64,000 nt of DNA. It comes from Thermodesulfobacteriota bacterium (lineage in GTDB: Bacteria; Desulfobacterota; Desulfarculia; JACQYL01). The translations under genes and the position numbers were made by a program. The notes under the pieces were generated by a model that did not search any database, was not told the DNA's origin, and saw nothing but the letters and a program-made list of their open reading frames with translations. Each line of letters opens with the position of its first letter. Within the stretch, counting starts at the first letter, position 1. The stretch is from the NCBI GenBank assembly GCA_963675595.2, contig CAXXLZ010000002.1:2656001-2720000 (forward strand), given 5' to 3'. This document shows positions 59,443 through 64,000 of the stretch, piece after piece.

Positions 59443-61251
59443 GTGAGTCTCCGGACCAAGATCGTCCTCTCTTATCTGATCCTATTCGGCACGATTCTAC
59501 TGATAGCTACCTTTTATACCACCCGGTTGCTCAGGCAGAATCTCGTTGACCGACTGCAGGCCCGTATTGCCGAAGACGCCGATCTACTTGGAAACGTCCT
59601 TGACTCCAAGCTGCTTCACGGCTCCCGGATCGACGAGACCATCAAGGAATTGGGCCGAGACCTCAGCGTCAAACTCACGGTTTTTGATCCCCAGGGAACG
59701 GCGGTCGCAGACTCCGAAACTCCGGCTGAAAATATACCGTATCGGGTCACACCGGAGGAGTATCCCGAAGTATTCCAAGCCGCCGAATCCGGATTCGCCG
59801 GCAGCCGCCGGAGGTCCGCCGGCACGGGAATTGAGTGGCTGTCCGTAGCGAAGCGAATTGAAGTCCCATGGGAAACGCAAGGCTGGATGATTCTTCGCAT
59901 TTCGTCATCTTTGGACGAAGTCAACGACGAAATCACCGAAATGCTCTGGATTCTATACGGCTCCGACCTCGTTACCTTCCTCCTCCTCGTGTTCAGCAGT
60001 CTTTGGTTGGGAGGTCGAATTACCGGTCCGTTGACCAACATGACTCGTATGGCCCAACGCATGGCCGAGGGCGATTTCAGATTCCGAATCCACCATTACC
60101 CCCACGATGAAATCGGGGCTCTGGGCCGGTCCATGGATCGGATGGCCATGCAGTTGGAAAGCACCATCCAGCAGCTTAATGAGGAAACGAGCCAGCTTAG
60201 CTCCGTTTTCCGGGGAATGATCGAAGGCGTCATGGTGGTCAGCAAGGACGGCGAGATTATCATGGTCAACGAAACCCTCAAACGTTTTTTCCCTCAGGCA
60301 CACGATTTCACCGGCATGATGCCCCTCGCCGCGATCCGTAACACACAGATCACTGAAGGGATCCGTGAAGCGCTCAACGGCAAGGAAGTATTCGACCGGG
60401 AAATTACCAGGGGAAGTCCGCGAAACGAGTGTTTCCGAGCCAACATCGTTCCTTTGAGGGTCGACGGGGAAGTCAACGGGTGCATTGTGGTGTTCCATGA
60501 CGTCACCAGACTGAAAAGACTCGAGGAAGTCAGAAAAGACTTCGTGGCGAACGTTTCTCATGAAATCCGCACCCCCCTCACCACCATCAAGGGCTACGCT
60601 GAAACACTTCTTGAAGACCCGCCCGAAGACGTCAATGATCAGCGCAGGTTTCTGTCCCTGATCCTGAAGCATTCGAACCGGCTCTCCAGCCTTACCGAGG
60701 ACCTCCTCAAGCTGTCCGCCATCGACGCCGAACGATGGGAAGTCCACCGTGCCTATATTGAAGTGAATTCTCTGTTCCGCGGTCTCCAACAAAGCTTTTT
60801 CCGACAAGCCGAGGCCAAGTCCCTTTCTCTGACTTTCGACACCGAACCAAAGCCGCTCCGGCTCTATGTGGATTCCAGGTCTCTTAACCAAATCCTTTCA
60901 AACCTGGTGGAGAATGCGGTGAAGTACACGCAGGAGGGGGGAGAGATCACGGTAAGAGCAAAAGAAGAGCCCGATTCCATCCATTTCTTCGTCCGAGATA
61001 CCGGAATTGGGATTCCTCAACGAGATTTGGAGCGAATTTTTGAACGATTCTACCGAGTGGACAAGGAGCGGTCCCGGGATATCGGAGGCACTGGATTAGG
61101 CCTGGCGATCGTAAAAAATTTGGTGCAGGCCGAAGGAGGAAAGGTCTGGGCCGAAAGCAGGCTCGGTAAGGGCACCACATTTCATGTGTCCTTCCCCAAG
61201 CGAAAAGACGCCGGGCAAGAGGCCCCCTTTGAGGGCGCCCAACCAAGCTGA
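59443..61251 (+). CDS. phoR: Sensor histidine kinase PhoR
   Basis: 2 [21 protein letters not shown] and FYRVDK...GGTGLGL. Confidence 0.9.
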   Translation: MSLRTKIVLSYLILFGTILLIATFYTTRLLRQNLVDRLQARIAEDADLLGNVLDSKLLHGSRIDETIKELGRDLSVKLTVFDPQGTAVADSETPAENIPYRVTPEEYPEVFQAAESGFAGSRRRSAGTGIEWLSVAKRIEVPWETQGWMILRISSSLDEVNDEITEMLWILYGSDLVTFLLLVFSSLWLGGRITGPLTNMTRMAQRMAEGDFRFRIHHYPHDEIGALGRSMDRMAMQLESTIQQLNEETSQLSSVFRGMIEGVMVVSKDGEIIMVNETLKRFFPQAHDFTGMMPLAAIRNTQITEGIREALNGKEVFDREITRGSPRNECFRANIVPLRVDGEVNGCIVVFHDVTRLKRLEEVRKDFVANVSHEIRTPLTTIKGYAETLLEDPPEDVNDQRRFLSLILKHSNRLSSLTEDLLKLSAIDAERWEVHRAYIEVNSLFRGLQQSFFRQAEAKSLSLTFDTEPKPLRLYVDSRSLNQILSNLVENAVKYTQEGGEITVRAKEEPDSIHFFVRDTGIGIPQRDLERIFERFYRVDKERSRDIGGTGLGLAIVKNLVQAEGGKVWAESRLGKGTTFHVSFPKRKDAGQEAPFEGAQPS

Positions 61252-61318
61252 CTTCCATTCCATTTTGGCTGAAATAACGGACCCCAAAAACCCCGGTATC
61301 AGACCGACGAGAGATCAA

Positions 61319-62083
61319 ATGAAACCCCCGCGCATAAAAATGGTCGCCAGAAACGTGAATTTTTACTATGCCGATTTTCCGGCATTGAAGAACATTCAGC
61401 TCGAAATGAGAGATCGGCGGGTAACCGCCCTCATCGGCCCCTCGGGTTGCGGAAAAAGCACGTTCCTTAGATGCTTGAACCGAATGAACGAGACCATTCC
61501 CGGTGCGCGCATCGAAGGGGAAGTTCTTCTGGACCAGACCCCCATATACGATCCCCGAGTGGATGTTGTAGAAATCCGGCGAAGGGTGGGGATGGTCTTT
61601 CAGAAACCCAACCCGTTTCCCAAGAGCATCTTCGAGAACGTCGCGTACGGTCTACGGGTGAACGGCGTCAAGGACAAGCGCACTCTCGCGGAACGAGTCG
61701 AGGCAAGCCTAAGGGACGCGGCCATCTTCGAAGAGGTCAAGGACCGCCTGCACCAATCGGCCATGGGCTTGTCCGGCGGGCAGCAACAACGATTGTGTAT
61801 CGCTCGGGCGTTGGCCATCAAACCGGAAGTTCTGCTCATGGACGAACCCGCCTCCGCCCTGGACCCCATCGCAACCCAGAAGATTGAAGAGCTCATCGAA
61901 CGGTTGAAAGAGAAATATTGCATCGTCATTGTAACCCATAACATGCAGCAGGCCGCCAGGGTTTCCGACTATACCGCCTTCTTCTACATGGGAGAACTCG
62001 TTGAAGTGGACGATACGAACGTGCTTTTCACCAGGCCTAAGAAGGAACAGACGGAGAATTACATCACGGGCAGATTCGGTTAA
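61319..62083 (+). CDS. pstB: Phosphate ABC transporter ATP-binding protein
   Basis: [17 protein letters not shown] and YITGRFG motifs. Confidence 0.97.
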   Translation: MKPPRIKMVARNVNFYYADFPALKNIQLEMRDRRVTALIGPSGCGKSTFLRCLNRMNETIPGARIEGEVLLDQTPIYDPRVDVVEIRRRVGMVFQKPNPFPKSIFENVAYGLRVNGVKDKRTLAERVEASLRDAAIFEEVKDRLHQSAMGLSGGQQQRLCIARALAIKPEVLLMDEPASALDPIATQKIEELIERLKEKYCIVIVTHNMQQAARVSDYTAFFYMGELVEVDDTNVLFTRPKKEQTENYITGRFG

Positions 62084-62092
62084 GGAGACGAC

Positions 62093-62773
62093 ATGACGGG
62101 CGAGTCTCAGTTTCACAAGAAGCTCAAAGACCTTCAAATGAACCTTTTAGAGATGGCCACTCTTGCGGAGGAAGCCCTCAAAAACGCGGTGGATGCGCTG
62201 GTCCTCAGACGGTCCGACCTTGCGGCCGCGGTCATCGACGGCGACGATGCAATCAATGATCTCGAGATCTACATAGACGAACAATGTCTGAACCTTCTGG
62301 CCCTTCGCCAGCCCATGGCCATCGACCTCAGACTGGTCACCTCGGTGATGCGGATCAATGCCGATCTCGAGAGGGTCGGTGATCTGGCCGTGAATATCGC
62401 CGAGAACGCCGTGGATCTCAACGAGCGAGCGCTGCTCCCTTTTAAGGTCGACATCGAACCCTTGGGACGCGTTGCCTTGTCCATGCTCCAAGACAGCATC
62501 ACCTCTTTTGTCAACAAGGACGTCGAACTCGCCAAGAACGTCTGCGGCAGAGACGACGAAGCGGATGACCTGGCCAAAGGAATCGTTCAGGAACTCCTCG
62601 AACACATGGTCAAAGACGCCCCGGCCATTCGCAGGGCGGTGAGCTACATCGTAGTGGATCGCTGTCTCGAACGGGTTGCCGACCTTGCCACCAACATCAG
62701 TGAAGCCGCCATCATGTACGTGGAAGGGAAGAACATCAAACACCACCAGTACGAGGGATCACAGCTCGGTTGA
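62093..62773 (+). CDS. phoU: Phosphate signalling protein PhoU
   Basis: QPMAIDLR, DLERVGD and LERVADLATNI motifs. Confidence 0.96.
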   Translation: MTGESQFHKKLKDLQMNLLEMATLAEEALKNAVDALVLRRSDLAAAVIDGDDAINDLEIYIDEQCLNLLALRQPMAIDLRLVTSVMRINADLERVGDLAVNIAENAVDLNERALLPFKVDIEPLGRVALSMLQDSITSFVNKDVELAKNVCGRDDEADDLAKGIVQELLEHMVKDAPAIRRAVSYIVVDRCLERVADLATNISEAAIMYVEGKNIKHHQYEGSQLG

Positions 62774-62983
62774 GGCTTCCCCGACGAATCTTCGATTTCC
62801 TCGCCTTTTGACGCTCCGAGCAGGACGGACCATGTCGACTGTCACGCAACGCCCCCTCACTTTCATTCCCTGGGTCGACGCCTTCGATCCGTCGCTTCCG
62901 GCCGGCCGAACGCCCTCATCCACCGCCCAAAGGAATGCGGGCCGAACCGGCCCATTCCGGGCCTGCGCCCGCAGTCCTCGTTC

Positions 62984-63023
62984 CCGTCACTTAACTGGCC
63001 ATTTTTTGTCACGTTTTCGTAAA
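62984..63023 (+). promoter_or_regulatory. Pho box array upstream of the porin gene
   Basis: 11-bp-phased CCGTCAC, CTGGCCA, TTGTCAC and TCGTAAA. Confidence 0.68.
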
Positions 63024-63139
63024 ACTCTAATCGATATTTAACTTGAGATGTAACCCCGCTTACGATATATGTCGCGCCGTGGAGCGCTGGGATGGAGTTT
63101 TTGGCTTACTCAGCACGCAACAAAGGAGAAGAGAACACT

Positions 63140-64000
63140 ATGAAGAAATTGACATTTGGTTTGGCCATACTGCTGACCGTCGCCTTCATGGGCTGGTCCC
63201 ATGCGAATGCGGCGGAGCGGTCTCTGGCGGACATCTTGAAGGAAAAGGGTGTCATCACCGCAGACGAGGCATCGGAGGCCAAAGTGGCCGCTCCCGAGGC
63301 CAAGCTGCCCAAGTGGGTGGAAAGCTGGGCCTTCAAAGGCGATCTGCGACTCCGTTACCAGGGTCAGGATCGGGAAGGCTCCACCTCCCGTCACCGTTAC
63401 CGCATGCGCTTCCGCGTGGGTGCCACCGCGGACATCACGGATACCTTCTCGGTGGGCTTCCGCCTGGCCAGTGGTTCCGACGATCCTCGATCCACCAACC
63501 AGACCTTTACGGACACCTTCAGCACCAAGCAGTTCAACCTCGATAAGGCTTATGTGACCTGGAAGCCGGTAAAGCAATTCAGCCTCACCGGCGGTAAAAT
63601 GGGCAACCCCATCTGGAAAACCGCCGACCTGCTCTGGGACGGCGACATCACTCCCGAAGGCGTGGCAGCCAAGGTTTGTTTCGGACCCGTGTTCATCAAC
63701 GCCGGTTGGTTCTTCCTCGAAGAACTCAGCAAAGACAGCAACGATCCCATGATGGGCTTCGCCCAAGTGGGAGCCCAGATGGATTCCGGCCCCATGGACT
63801 TCGCCGCGGCCGCTACCGGATACGTATTCAAGGACATCAAGGAAGCCCCCTTGGATCATTCCGCGGGCACCAACACCACCAACGACGAAGGTGCCCGGAT
63901 CTACGAGTACAATTCCGTGGCCGGCGATGCGGAAATCGGCTTCTCCCTGAGCAACGGCCTCCGCTTGGCCGCCCTCGGCCAAGTGATCTACAACTTCGAT
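63140..64000 (+). CDS. Putative outer-membrane porin (Porin_5-like), 3'-truncated by the window edge; absent from the ORF track
   Basis: AGGAG RBS and signal peptide MKKLTFGLAILL. Continues LKEKGVIT, KGDLRLRY, RYRMRFRVG, RLASGSDDPRSTNQT and LDKAY. No stop before the window end. Confidence 0.85.
   Translation, partial: MKKLTFGLAILLTVAFMGWSHANAAERSLADILKEKGVITADEASEAKVAAPEAKLPKWVESWAFKGDLRLRYQGQDREGSTSRHRYRMRFRVGATADITDTFSVGFRLASGSDDPRSTNQTFTDTFSTKQFNLDKAYVTWKPVKQFSLTGGKMGNPIWKTADLLWDGDITPEGVAAKVCFGPVFINAGWFFLEELSKDSNDPMMGFAQVGAQMDSGPMDFAAAATGYVFKDIKEAPLDHSAGTNTTNDEGARIYEYNSVAGDAEIGFSLSNGLRLAALGQVIYNFD

Noticed and set aside
1-64000. CRISPR array, cas genes, prophage, rRNA
   Set aside because: I saw no regularly spaced repeat-spacer array, no cas or phage structural genes and no rRNA-like sequence.

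Overview
GC-rich chromosomal window, most likely from a sulfate-reducing Desulfobacterota (deltaproteobacterium). It has three parts. (1) 1-18.7 kb is core metabolism: the 3' part of mutS, an intact IS1634, the dissimilatory sulfate-activation locus (aprBA-qmoAB-hdrCB with no qmoC, divergent from sat), a crotonase/acyl-CoA dehydrogenase cluster and tRNA-Leu(CAA). (2) 18.9-40 kb is an accessory region. It holds a PAS hybrid kinase, an octaheme HAO-like cytochrome, a diguanylate cyclase split by an IS4, and a second IS1634 carrying a nested IS. It also holds a three-gene operon of [NiFe]-hydrogenase large subunit, Tat-exported small subunit and heme-c methyl-accepting chemoreceptor, followed by a MaoC-like gene with a UGA/SECIS-like signature. 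(3) 40-64 kb is housekeeping: ptsN-like, hsp20, MEMO, nfo, pgeF, pyrKD, xerD, a CCA/A-adding enzyme, EAL-CBS-GGDEF, serC, a thioredoxin/heme/FMN fusion, and a Pho-box-controlled pst/pho operon plus porin. The best candidates for undescribed biology are the putative periplasmic H2-sensing chemoreceptor module (34401-38435) and a candidate MaoC-fold selenoprotein (38789-39243). All family assignments come from motif recognition by eye and recall; no database search was run.
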